Source of the DNA: Rebecca billardiae RCC1528
Taxonomy: Eukaryota; Protista; Haptophyta
Assembly (NCBI GenBank): GCA_965240325.2
Contig: OZ251230.1
Span: forward strand, 2,728,001 to 2,792,000
Length of the DNA: 64,000 bases
Direction of reading: 5' to 3'
Shown: positions 46,692-57,435 of the stretch, piece by piece
Numbering within the stretch: the stretch's first letter is position 1
Layout of the letters: every line of letters starts with the position of its first letter
The notes under the pieces: model-generated
What the model was told of the DNA's origin: nothing
Databases searched by the model: none
The model's input: only the letters and a program-made list of their open reading frames with translations
Position numbers and translations under genes: made by a program

Positions 46692-47753
46692 ATGGCGGTG
46701 TCATGGGGCACGGCGGCGCTGGGCACGGCGGCGGCGCTCGCGGCGGCGGCGGCGGCGGCGGTGCGCCGGCGCAACCGGCTCGCGTTCCGGCTGGCGGAGC
46801 ACTCCCTGCGCGGCAAGCACGTGGTGATCACCGGCGCCACCAGCGGCATCGGCTACGCGGTCGCCGAGGGCGCGGCGCGCGCGGGCGCCTCGCTCGTCGT
46901 GCTCGGCTGCCGCGACGCGCGCGCGGCGGAGGCGGCGTGCGCGCGCGTGCGCGCGCGCACGGCGCACGCGGCGGTGGTGCACGCCCCGCTCGACCTCGCC
47001 CACCCCGACTCGGTCCGCGCCTTCGCCGACGCGCTGGGCGGCGAGTCCGGGCTGGCGCGCGGCCGCGTGGACGTGCTCGTCAACAACGCCGGCGCCATGT
47101 TCCACTCGCGCGGCGCGGCGGCGTACGCGGACGCGGCGGGCGTGGCCGGCGCGTGCGAGCGGACGTACGCGACCAACTTCGTCGGCCACCTCGCGCTCAC
47201 CGTGCGCCTGCTGCCCCTCCTCCGCGCCGCGCGCGAGGCGAGCGGTGAGCGCGCGCGCGTCGTGCACGTCGGCTCGCGGCTCGAGCGGCGCGCGCCCGCG
47301 CTGCCCGCGGGCGCGGACGCGCCGCGCGCGCTGGACGCGCTGGTGGCGCCGGGCGCGTACGAGCCGTTCCGCGCGTACGCGCTCTCCAAGCTCGCGCAGA
47401 CCGCGTGCGCGCTCGAGCTCGGCCGCGCGCACGGCGCGTGCGTGCTGAGCGTCGTCGTCTCGCCCGGCATGGTGGCGACGCGGCTCTCGCGCGACCTGCC
47501 GCCCGTGCAGCGCGCGCTCGCGGCGCTGCTCGGGCCGCTGGTGCTGCGCTCGGCGGAGAAGGCGGCGGAGAGCGTGCTCTACGCGTGCGGCGCGCCGGAC
47601 GACGGCGCCATCCCCGCGTACGTGCGCGACTGCGCGCCCGAGCCGCCGTCGGCGCAGGCGGCCGACCGCGCGCTCGGCGCCGCGCTGTGGGAGGACGCGC
47701 TGCGCCGCGCGGGCGAGGGCCCGAGCCCACACCCTCGCCAGCCCCGACCCTAG
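46692..47753 (+). CDS. Short-chain dehydrogenase/reductase, retinol dehydrogenase-like (353 aa)
   Basis: VVITGATSGIG (TGxxxGxG), LDL, LVNNAG and YALSK (YxxxK); N-terminal membrane anchor. Confidence 0.92.
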   Translation: MAVSWGTAALGTAAALAAAAAAAVRRRNRLAFRLAEHSLRGKHVVITGATSGIGYAVAEGAARAGASLVVLGCRDARAAEAACARVRARTAHAAVVHAPLDLAHPDSVRAFADALGGESGLARGRVDVLVNNAGAMFHSRGAAAYADAAGVAGACERTYATNFVGHLALTVRLLPLLRAAREASGERARVVHVGSRLERRAPALPAGADAPRALDALVAPGAYEPFRAYALSKLAQTACALELGRAHGACVLSVVVSPGMVATRLSRDLPPVQRALAALLGPLVLRSAEKAAESVLYACGAPDDGAIPAYVRDCAPEPPSAQAADRALGAALWEDALRRAGEGPSPHPRQPRP

Positions 47754-48686
47754 CCCCGCGCGGCGGGAGGACGCGCTGCGGCGGCGCGGGCGGCGGCGGC
47801 GCGCGCGGCGGCCGCGGGGGCCGGCGGGGAGCCGGGGAGGCGCGGTGGATCGATCGGTGGGCGTCGCTGGCGGCGCGGGCGGCCAGCCGGCGCCGACCGC
47901 CCGCTCGCCCAGGGTGAGGTGCGCCGCGCGCCGCGCGCTCGCGCCCCGCCCGCGGGCCGGCTCGGCGGCATGGCTGCCTGCGGGCGGCGCTGGCGGAGTG
48001 ACGCGGCGTGGGCGGCGCGTCATCCGTCATCATCGATCCATCCGCGGCCGCCACTAAAGAGCCACGTGATGCTGGTACGCTGGCTCCAGTCTCGCACGCC
48101 GTCACGCCGTGGACGCATCGGTGATCGGTCTGCGGGCGGTGACGCGATCCGCGGTCGTGTCAGTACTGACTACTGTCATCAGTTCAACGGCAACGCGCCG
48201 GGGTGATGCCGCCGCATCACGCCGTCTGTTTATTTGATCCGCCGGGATCGGCCCCGGAGTACGTACGTACATGTCCATGACAAGACTCTTCAAGATGCAT
48301 CACATGTCAATCACTACTCATGGACATGGGCCATATGCCCGACCTGCCTCAAGGACAAGACAGTAGAGTGAAGAGTCTAACTCTAAAGGCGCTACTAAGC
48401 GCCGAACAGCTGACGCTGTGCCGTATACTTGTGCTTCGATGGCCGGCTTATCGATAACATCACTACAGTATCTTATCTCCTCCGAGACCAAGATGACAAT
48501 GCAAGGCGGCAAGACGTATCATCCTTGCCCGATCAACATCTGTACCCGCCCGATACTTGTAGATACTTGCCTCATGATGCGCGCCTGAAGGCTTGATGTG
48601 CGAACTGCGAAGCGCATCGAAGGCTGTGTGTTGAGACGGCCGCTCTCGCAGTGCCCGCGCTTCGGTCCTCGGGACGCGTCGCGATC

Positions 48687-51600
48687 ATGCCGACGCGTCG
48701 CGGCGTCGCGCACGCGGCGCTCGTCGCGGCGGCGCTCGCGCTCGCGGCCCGCCCCGTGGGAGGCGCCGCGGGCGCGGCCGCGCCGGAGGTGCACGTGCTC
48801 GGCCTCTTCCCGCTGAGCGTGCCCGGCGCGCACGGCGCGCAGCTCGCGCGCGCGGCCGAGCTCGCGGCCGGCCGCGTGTCCGCGTCCGCGGCGCTGCTGA
48901 ACGGCACGGCGCTGCGCATGCGCGTGCGCGACACGAACGGCTCGGAGGCGCGCGCGCTGGCCGAGGCGATCGACGCGGACGCCGCCCACCCGCTCCACGC
49001 CATCGTCGGCGCGCTCGACGCGGACGTGACGCGCGCGCTCGCCGCGTACGGCGGCGCGCGCGGCGTGCCGGTGCTGAGCTACGGCGCGAGCGCGCGCGAG
49101 CTGAGCGAGCCGGCGGCGCTGCCGCTCTTCGCGCGCGTCGTGCCCTCCGACGCGCTGCAGGCCCGCGCGCTCGCCGACGCGCTCGTCGGCCACCTCGGCG
49201 CGCGCCGGTACGCGCTGCTGCACGGCGCGGACGGCCGCTGGAGCGGCCGCGCCGCGCGGCTCGAGCTCGCGCTCGGCAGGGCGGGCGCCGAGCTGGGCGC
49301 GCGCGCGAGCGTGGAGCGCGGCGCGGACCCGACGGCGGCGCTGGGCGCGCTGCTCAACGCGAACGCGCGCGTCCTCCTCCTCGTCCTCCCGCCCGCGGAC
49401 ACGCGCGCCGCGCTGCTCGCGCTCGAGGCGGCGCGCGCGCTCGGCCCGCGCGCGCCGCGGCCGCGCGCGCTCGTGAGCGTGGGCGCGGAGGGGGCGGCGG
49501 CGGCGGCGGAGCTGTGGGCGGCGGGGGCGGCGGGCGAGGCCGAGGCGGCGCGGCTGCGCGGCGCCGCGGAGGGCATGCTCCTCGCCGCGCCCTCCACCGC
49601 GCACCGCGCCGCCGAGCCTCCGGCCGCCGCCGCCGCCGCCGCCGAGTTTTGCGAGCGCTGGGACGGCGACGCGGAGGTGCGGGCGCGCGGCTGGCCGACG
49701 TGCGCGGAGGAGGCGGCGGGCGGTCGACGCGTGCCGCCGCTCGTGCCGCACGCGCACGACGCGGTGCTCGGCGTGGCGCACGCGCTGCACGCCGTGTGCG
49801 AGCGCGCGGGCGGGCCGGCCGCGTGCGCCGACGCGCTGCGCGACGGCGGCGCGGTGCACGGCGCGCTGCTCGGCCTGTGCGCACGCGGCGGCGCCGACGG
49901 CGGCGCCGACGGCGCGCCGTGCGTGCGCGGCGCGACGGGCGCGCTGCAGCTCGACGGGCGCGGCGACCGCGTCGGCGCGTTCACGCTGCTCGCCGCGCGC
50001 GCCGCCGCCGCGGACGGCGCAGCCGGCCTCCGCCTGGAGCCGTGGGGGCGGTGGAGCGCGGGCGGCGGGTTTGCGAGCGCGCCCGGCTCGGAGCGGTGGG
50101 TGCGCTGGCCCGCGTGGGGCGAGGGCGAGGCGGAGGGCGGCGGCACGGGCGCGGACGGCGCGGGCGCGGGCGGCGGCGCGGCCGGCGGCGAGCCCGACGG
50201 CGCGTCGCGCGGCGGCGCCGGCCCCGCCGCGCTCCCCGACGACCTTGGCGAGCGTATCGGGCAGGTCGCGTTCGTGCTGGGCACGACGCTGGGCATGCTG
50301 TTCGCGATGGGGCTGATCTGCGTGTCGCAGGCGCTGCAGCGGCGCGCGCGCGTGCTGCTCGAGGCGGCGGACCTGCAGCGCAAGGCGGAGCACGAGCGGG
50401 TGTCGCGCGCGGTGCACGCCGTCACCTCCGTCTCCTTCTCGGTGTGCTTTGTCTGCTTCCGAGACTTCCGCCGCATGGGCAGGCTCGTGCCCCACGAGGA
50501 GATGCGCGAGGCCGGGCTGATCGTGACGTGCGACACGTACGAGGAGGTGGTGGCGTTTGCGCGCAGGCACCACTCCGTCTTCATCTCGCACCAGTGGTGC
50601 GCGCACCGCCAGCGCGCGCGGCGCGCGCGGCGCCGCCGCGCGCGCTCACGCGCCCTCGCGCGCGCGCCGCCGCTGGCGCTGTGACGCAACGCATGGCCGG
50701 GTGTGGGCGGCGCGTCCCTGCGCCACGCGCCTCTCCAGGCTCGGGCTGGGCGAGCCCGACCCGCACTGCGTGCACTTCCCCGCCATCGTCGCGGCGGTGG
50801 GCCAGCTCGCAGCGCGGCAGGACATGCGCGAGGAGGACGTCTACATGTGGGTGGACTACTGCTCGATCCCGCAGCGCAACCTCACGCTCAAGAGCATCAG
50901 CATCGGCTCGCTCGCCGTGTACGCGTCGGTGGTGCGCTACTTTGTGGTGATCGCGCCGCCCGCCACGCACGCGGACACGGGCCAGCGCTGCGACACGCGC
51001 ACGTACCAGCGGAGGGGCTGGTGCCGCCTCCAGCAGTGGGCGCGGTGCGCGCGCACCTCTTGCGCGCGCCGTGCCCGCGCCCACTGCGCGTCTCATCGCT
51101 CCGACTGGCTCTCGCGGACGCTCACCCCGCCGTCGCCTCCCTCGCGCGCGCGTGCGTGTGCGCGCGCGGCACGCGCGCAGCATGACGTTTGGCGGGCTGC
51201 AGCACATGTACGTGTACGACACGCCCGTGCCGGCCGGGCGGCGCAGCCGGCGGCTGACCGCCGAGAGCGTCGCCGACGCGCCGCCGCCCCTGCCGGCGCA
51301 GCGTTGCAGCGGCCTGCGCTCGATCCGCAACGAGCCGCAGTGGTACCACGACTCGATCGCCGTGTTCGAGGGCGAGTTCACGCTCGAGTCGGACAAGCCC
51401 AAGCTGGTGGACGCGGTGCTCGGGCTGTGGGCGCTCGCGCTGCACTACCAGCACCGGCCGGAGCAGCGCCGGATCGTCGAGCTCGTGCGCGCGCACCGCG
51501 AGGCCGTCTTCCCCGCACAATTCTTCGGCTCGCTCGTGGGCCTGCTCGAGCGGCGCATGCGCGAGGAGGGCTCGGACGCGCTGATCACGGCCAACGTGCA

Positions 51601-52420
51601 GCGGCGCGCGTCGTCCGTGCTGCCGCCCTCGCCCGCGCAGCAGCTCCACCGCTTCGGCGCGCACCACGGCCGGCGCCGCCCGCTCGACCTCGCGGACGCC
51701 GTCGACGGCGAGGACGACGGCGGCGCCGCGCCGCGCCGGCTCTCCGACGCCTCGCGCCGCTCCAGCTCGGACGCGGACGCGGAGGGCGGGGCGGAGGCGG
51801 AGGCCTCGGGGTGGGAGCGGCAGCCGCACGCGCACGGCACGCCGCTGCGGCTCGCGAGCGCGCCGCTGGCGCTGCTGCCCTCGCCGATGCGGCGCGCGCG
51901 CAGGCGGCTCTTCTCCTACACGGCGGAGGAGCAGGGCGGCGAGCGAGCCACGGCCGTCGACGACGAGCCCGACCCCGAGCTCGGCCACGCGAGGCCAGCG
52001 GCGCCGGCGGCGTGCGGCGGCGTGCGCGCGGCGCCGTCGAGCGCCGCCTCGCCCGCGGCCGCGCGCCGGCGCAAGGGCGGCCGCGTCGCGCCCGGCTGCT
52101 CGCCCGGCGCGCGCCGGCGCGCCGAGACGGTCAACGTCGCGTCGATCGCGTCGCTCACGTCGGCGCCCGCCGAGCGCGCCGACGGCGGCCGCCCGGCCGG
52201 CGGGGCCGGCGGCGGGGCGTGGGCGCCGCTCGCGTCGCTGGGCGAGCGCGCCTCCGGCCGCGGCTCGTCGGGCGGCGAGACGACGCTCGGCGACGCGGCC
52301 GAGCGCGCGCGCGCCACGCTCGCGGCGGAGGCCGGCGCCGGCGGTGCTGACGAGGCCGAGCTGGGCGCGTGCGCCGAGAGCAGCAGCACGAGCTCCAGCC
52401 TCGCCGAGGTGGTAGTCTGA
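48687..52420 (+). CDS. Single-pass receptor: signal peptide, ANF-receptor/Venus-flytrap domain, TM helix, HET/TIR-like domain, disordered tail (~1,151 aa)
   Basis: Exons 48687-50596, 50739-51044 and 51181-52420 (3,456 nt in frame). Ectodomain: VLGLFPLS...AIVGA...VPVLSYGASARELSE...PLFARVVPSDALQARAL. TM: IGQVAFVLGTTLGMLFAMGLICV. Cytoplasmic: FISHQW...EPDP...WVDYCSIPQ...YAS...YQRRGWCRLQQWA...VFEGEFT. Confidence 0.8.
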
Positions 52421-52440
52421 CTACAGCAGCACTACTGCGC

Positions 52441-52482
52441 TATATACACACACACACACACACATGCATGCATATATATATA
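52441..52482. repeat. (AC)n/(AT)n microsatellite between convergent genes
   Basis: tatatacacacacacacacacacatgcatgcatatatatata. Confidence 0.85.
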
Positions 52483-52693
52483 CGCCGCCGTGTGATGACA
52501 TGATGCTGCGCACGTACCTTACATGCAGCAGATATATGCTAGCTGCATGCGCGTACGTACGACGCCGTGCGCCATTATAATTCAGATTCGGACTTATCGG
52601 AAACGTGCGTCCGCGCCACCGGCCGCTCGTGGCCCGGCGAATGCAGTTGTGATGCGCGCGCGCGAGCGCTTCCGCCCGGCGGGCAGCCGCGCT

Positions 52694-53311
52694 CTAGTCG
52701 TCCACGACATCGACGTCGATCACCCCGCCCGGCCCGTCGGCCGCGCCCGGCACCGCGTCGTGCGCGAACGCGGCCTCGGCGGCGAGCGCAGGCGGCGAGA
52801 GCGACGGGCGCACGCGGTCCGCGCCCATCACGCCCGCGCTCTGGAAGACGATGACAAACTCCTTCTCGGGGTCGTACTCTTTGATGCGCGTCTCGATCGC
52901 CGCGTACCCCTCGCCGTCCTCGCCCGCCGACGCCGTCAGCTTGGAGAGCGGCACGTACATGCCGGCGACGTCGCCCGACTTGCCGCCCGCGCTCGCGTCG
53001 TCGTTCACAAAGATGGCGCCGCGGCCCATCTGCTCGAAGCCCTTCCACGAGAGCGTGGCCCAGCGCTTGCCGCGCTCGCGCACGGCCGCCTGGTACGCGC
53101 GCTCCCACGCGCCGCCCGAAGTCTCCGCCGCCTGCGCGCGGACGGCCGCGCGCCGCGCGATCGGCGACCGCGCGGCCGCCGCCGGCCGCGCAAGCGGGCG
53201 CGCGCAGCCGAGCGCCGAGGCGAGGCGGGAGGCGGCGAGCGGCGGCGCGTGCGAGCCCGCAACGGCGGCGGCGAGGAGCGCGGCGGCGCACGCGCGCGCG
53301 CGGGTGGGCAT
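52694..53311 (-). CDS. Small protein with bipartite (signal + transit-like) leader; core resembles cyanobacterial CcmS-related proteins (205 aa)
   Basis: Hydrophobic signal then an Ala/Arg/Ser-rich acid-free stretch ending VRAQA; core SWKGFEQMGRGAIFV...MYVP...IKEYDPEKEFVIVF. Family call is from memory and tentative. Confidence 0.6.
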   Translation of the reverse strand: MPTRARACAAALLAAAVAGSHAPPLAASRLASALGCARPLARPAAAARSPIARRAAVRAQAAETSGGAWERAYQAAVRERGKRWATLSWKGFEQMGRGAIFVNDDASAGGKSGDVAGMYVPLSKLTASAGEDGEGYAAIETRIKEYDPEKEFVIVFQSAGVMGADRVRPSLSPPALAAEAAFAHDAVPGAADGPGGVIDVDVVDD

Positions 53312-53405
53312 GGCGGCGCTGCTGCGCGGTGGGCACGTGCGGCCGGCCTTCGGCTGCGCTCTCAGCTCGCGGTCCAGTGACGACTTCGACTGGCTGCTGG
53401 GCGCA

Positions 53406-53524
53406 ATAACCGCGCGCGTCGCGCTCCGCCTTATGGCGGTCCGGTGTTTACGTTGGGCGGCTGCCTAGCTTGCCTGGGGCCGCCAGACGTCACGGGGGGC
53501 CGGGCGGCGAGACAGCGCCCGCCC
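53406..53524 (-). repeat. Split direct repeat B2 (119 bp)
   Basis: Identical by eye to 54027-54145 (offset 621). Confidence 0.92.
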
Positions 53525-53589
53525 CCACGCGGACGCTGACTCAAGCCGCACCCTGCCCCGGCGCGGCGATCCAACGCCGAGGGAGGGCG

Positions 53590-54026
53590 GGCGGGAGGCG
53601 GAGGAGCGCAGCTGGTTGTCCGTGCGGCTGCTCGGCGCCAAGCGTGGCCCGTCGGCTGGGTTTGGTAGTCGGGCGGCGGTCCGGTCGGCTGTCGGGCAGG
53701 GCGAGGTGCGCCGTGCGGTCGGGCGGGAAAGCGGACGGCTGCTGGGCGAAACTCGCTCCTGTTCGCCAAAGCCGGTCACTGCCCGTCAACTCCCGGCGCG
53801 CGCTCACTTTTCTGCGGTCCGCGCCAAAAGCGAGCTGCCACACGCTCGGAACGCTGTCCGGGGGCGCGCTGCGAGCTCCGAGCTCCGAGCCCGTCCGGGC
53901 GGGGGTGCGGTCGGAGGGGCGCTGGAGGAGGGTATCGGGCGGCGGCGAAGCGGCGCCGGCAGTCATAACGCGATAACCGCCGCAGACTGCCAAACCCGCC
54001 ACTCCCGTCGCGTCGGCCATCGCCCC
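53590..54026 (-). repeat. Split direct repeat A2 (437 bp)
   Basis: Matches 59625-60061 (offset 6035); one mismatch seen (53690 T vs 59725 G). Confidence 0.92.
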
Positions 54027-54145
54027 ATAACCGCGCGCGTCGCGCTCCGCCTTATGGCGGTCCGGTGTTTACGTTGGGCGGCTGCCTAGCTTGCCTGGGG
54101 CCGCCAGACGTCACGGGGGGCCGGGCGGCGAGACAGCGCCCGCCC
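54027..54145 (-). repeat. Split direct repeat B1 (119 bp), directly abutting A2
   Basis: Junction ...gccatcgcccc|ataaccgcgcg... on the plus strand. Confidence 0.92.
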
Positions 54146-54259
54146 ACAGGGGCGCAGCGCCAGGCGCCACGCCGGCATGGGCGGCGTCGGCCGGCGCGGT
54201 CGAGGCCAGGCCCGGCCCCGACCCCCAGAGACGCTGCGCCCGGCCACGCCCCGACGCAC

Positions 54260-54700
54260 GCCGTCAGCGCCAAGCGCGTGCCGTCGGGCGGGGCAGCTCC
54301 CGGGAAGTACGTGCGGGGCGCAGGCCCCGCCCACCGCCCCGCAGCGGTGATCTCGGCCGCGGGAAGCCCCAGGAACGGCCAGCGTCGCCACGGCCGAGCG
54401 TCGAACCGAGTTGGCGCCAACACACGTTGTGGGAGCCCCAGCGCCCGACACTCATCGTGCAGCCACGCCAGATACGCCGCGCGAAAGCCTCGCACGCGCG
54501 CCAACCCGCCCGGTGTCGGCCGTCGACGGCGGGCAGCACCCCGAGCTCCGCGAAGCGACGTCCAGCCAGCGTGCGTAGCCCTGAATCGCCATGCGCCCCT
54601 TGGACCTTGGACGCGAAGGGCGAAGCGCCGAAGCCCGCTGTCCGGCTGTGGCAAACCGCCGGGCCGCCTGCGCTGTGGGAGCGATGGCGGCCGGTGGAAG
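54260..54700 (-). pseudogene. Frameshifted tyrosine recombinase C-terminal remnant
   Basis: Switching frames twice gives AAYLAWLHDECRALGLPQR-VGANSVRRSAVATLA-FLGLPAAEITAAGRWAGPAPRTY, matching the YR H-x-x-R...I...GRW...Y box with His replaced by Asn. Confidence 0.7.
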
Positions 54701-54777
54701 CGGCGGGGAGTAGGCGACGCACGCCGCGCGAACGAGGACGGTCGCGCGGCACGCGAGCGACGGCGGACGCGCCGCGG

Positions 54778-55560
54778 ATGATCGGCGCGCACGCATGACG
54801 ATCGGCGCATGATGATCGGCGCGCGCGCATGATCGGCGCATGATGATCGGCGCGCGCGCATGATGATCGGCGCGCGCGCATGATGATCGGCGCGCGCGCA
54901 TGATGATCGGCGCATGATGATCGGCGCGGGCGCATGATCGGCGCATGATCGGCGCATGATGATCGGCGCGCGCGCGTGATCGGCGCATGATGATCGGCGC
55001 GGGCGCATGATCGGCGCATGATCGGCGCGTGATGATCGGCGCGCGCGCATGATCGGCGCATGATCGGCGCATGATGATCGGCGCGGGCGCATGATCGGCG
55101 CATGATCGGCGCATGATCGGCGCATGATCGGCGCATGATCGGCGCATGATGATCGGCGCGCGCGCATGATCGGCGCATGATGATCGGCGCGGGCGCATGA
55201 TCGGCGCATGATCGGCGCATGATCGGCGCATGATGATCGGCGCGCGCGCATGATCGGCGCATGATGATCGGCGCGGGCGCATGATCGGCGCATGATCGGC
55301 GCATGATCGGCGCATGATCGGCGCATGATCGGCGCATGATGATCGGCGCGCGCGCATGATCGGCGCATGATGATCGGCGCGCGCGCATGATGATCGGCGC
55401 ATGACGATCGGCGCGCGCGCATGATCGGCGCAAGATGACCGGCGCGCGCGCATGATGATCGGCGCGCGCGCATGATGATCGGCGTGCGCGCGTGATGATC
55501 GGCGCGCGCGCATGATGCTCGGCGCATGTTGACCGGCGCGCGCGCATGATGAGCGGCGCG
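54778..55560. repeat. Minisatellite with 11-bp core ATGATCGGCGC and +ATG / +GCGCGC / +GGGCGC variants
   Basis: Directly visible; lies inside the retroelement between RNase H and the YR remnant. Confidence 0.95.
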
Positions 55561-55770
55561 GACGGTGGCGCGCGGCGCCGCCACCCGCCGCCGCGGCGTC
55601 GAAGGCAGCAGCAGCGAACGCCGATGGTTCTTGGCTGGGCCAGGCGAGCATGCCGGGGGCACGCAGCAGGCGTGCACGATCGGCACTAGCAGGGTCAAGG
55701 GGCAGGTCGGCCGGCTGAGTCAGCACTGCTGACCCGCCCCGCTGGCTGCTGAGCGGCGGCGACCGGGCGT

Positions 55771-57435
55771 TCAGGGCAGGCCGTGCTGATCGCCGGCCGC
55801 CGCGAAGGACGCGGCGGCCTCATCCCGGAGCTCGGGCCAGTACTCGGGAAGCGCCGCGCGGAAGCACCGGCTGATTGCGTCCGCCACCCGATTGCGCGCC
55901 CCAGGCACATGCTTGCAGAGCAGCGTGCTGGATGTCTCCGCCGCGAGCAGGGCGAGGTCTTGCAGCAGGCAGTTGAGCACCGGTCGGTGGGGCACAGACA
56001 TGCGCGACAGCCACGCCACGGATGCAGAGTTATCACACAGTAAGAGGAGGTGCACAGCGGAGCGGCCGGCGAGCCAGCGCAAGCCGGCGAGCAGGACGCA
56101 CAAGCACTCGAGCTCGTTGATGTCCCACGCCTCGCCGGCCGGCACGAAGGCGCGCAGGTCCCACGCGGCGACATGGCCCGCCGACGACGCCGCCCCACCG
56201 CGCCCCGTGGAGAGGGCGGCGTCCGTGGCCACCGCCAGCCGCTCCGAGGGTCGCACGTACAGCTGCCGCCGACACGAGCCCCGCTCGAGCAGCCGCGCGA
56301 AGAAAGCGCACTCGCGCGGCAGCAGCACCCCCAGGGGCGCCACGAGGGTGCCGGACGCAGCGAACGCATCGTGCCGCGCATAGAGGAGGTCGAGGAAGGG
56401 GCGGATGAACGGGCGAACCGCGGGCTGTATCCGAGCGATCCAGCCGAGCTTGCCGATGAGCGAGCTGAGCTCCGGGCGCGTCACGCGGCTGCCGAGCAGC
56501 GTGAGCAGCGCCGGGAACCACTTGGCGCGCTTCCGCTCGGGTAGAGACACCGAGCCCTGGACCGCGTCAATGACGACGCCAAGCAGCTCGATGTGCTGGC
56601 ATGCGGGCACGATCTTGGTCGGCTTGGCCGACGGCGGCAGACCCGCGGCGCGCAGCGTCGAGCAGTAGAGCTGGAATGCCCGATCGAGGTCCCCCCGGTG
56701 CGAGCTCCACCCGAAACCGTCATCGACAAAATTCTTGAGCTTGAAGCGCAGCTCCCCCGACCAGCGCGCCACGAACGCGTGCCGCAGCAGATCTGAGAGC
56801 CGGCAAAACAGGAACGGCGCGGACGCGGCGCCGAAGGGGAGCGAGGTGTACACGTAGTAGGCGCCCTCCCACCAAATGCAGAGCAGCCACAGATCCTCCG
56901 GGCGCACGGCGACGCGCGTGTATGCCGCGTCGATGTCCACCTTGAAGATCCAGGTGCCGGGGGTCAGATCGGCCAGGAGCTCGTCCAGCGACTCAAAGGT
57001 GAACCGCGGCGCGCGGATGTCGGCGTTCACGCCCGAGGCCGTCATGTCCACGATGAGGCGGAAGTCGTCCTCGTCCTTCGGTACGCAACCGAGCGGCGAC
57101 ACCGCCACTGGCCGCGGCAGGGGCCGGCCGCCGCGCGCCGGCCCCGCCAGCACGCCCGATGACACATACTCGGCGAGCCGCGCGCGCACAAACTCGGGCT
57201 GCGCCAGCGAGGAACGGTGGTTGGGACGGAACCGCGACACGCGCGCGCCGCGGTAGAGCAGATCGACGCCGTCACGCAGCTCCACGGACAGGTCAACGCC
57301 GGTGAAGGCATGGATGAAGGACGCCAGCGCCACGTAGTTGCGCTGCATGGCGTTGGGCACGAGACTGTGTGCGAGGTCAGCGCGCAGGCCGGTGCGCGCG
57401 ACCATCTCGGCGGAGGTGATGGGCGGGCGAGTCAT
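55771..57435 (-). CDS. pol: Reverse transcriptase-RNase H (DIRS/Ngaro type)
   Basis: SPLGCVPKD...FRLIVDM, FKVDIDAAY, LPFGAASAPFLF, NFVDDGFG; RNase H residues VATDAA, INELEC, CDNSASV, HVPGARNRVADAISR. Frame is open throughout; the true start is uncertain. Confidence 0.93.
   Translation of the reverse strand: MTRPPITSAEMVARTGLRADLAHSLVPNAMQRNYVALASFIHAFTGVDLSVELRDGVDLLYRGARVSRFRPNHRSSLAQPEFVRARLAEYVSSGVLAGPARGGRPLPRPVAVSPLGCVPKDEDDFRLIVDMTASGVNADIRAPRFTFESLDELLADLTPGTWIFKVDIDAAYTRVAVRPEDLWLLCIWWEGAYYVYTSLPFGAASAPFLFCRLSDLLRHAFVARWSGELRFKLKNFVDDGFGWSSHRGDLDRAFQLYCSTLRAAGLPPSAKPTKIVPACQHIELLGVVIDAVQGSVSLPERKRAKWFPALLTLLGSRVTRPELSSLIGKLGWIARIQPAVRPFIRPFLDLLYARHDAFAASGTLVAPLGVLLPRECAFFARLLERGSCRRQLYVRPSERLAVATDAALSTGRGGAASSAGHVAAWDLRAFVPAGEAWDINELECLCVLLAGLRWLAGRSAVHLLLLCDNSASVAWLSRMSVPHRPVLNCLLQDLALLAAETSSTLLCKHVPGARNRVADAISRCFRAALPEYWPELRDEAAASFAAAGDQHGLP

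Noticed and set aside
48280-48620. Lower-GC island upstream of the receptor gene as a possible foreign or TE fragment
   Set aside because: No convincing ORF, termini or repeat; cannot be told apart from ordinary promoter DNA without a search.
54778-55560. CRISPR array or telomeric repeat
   Set aside because: No unique spacers, eukaryotic context, and a unit unlike G-rich telomere repeats.
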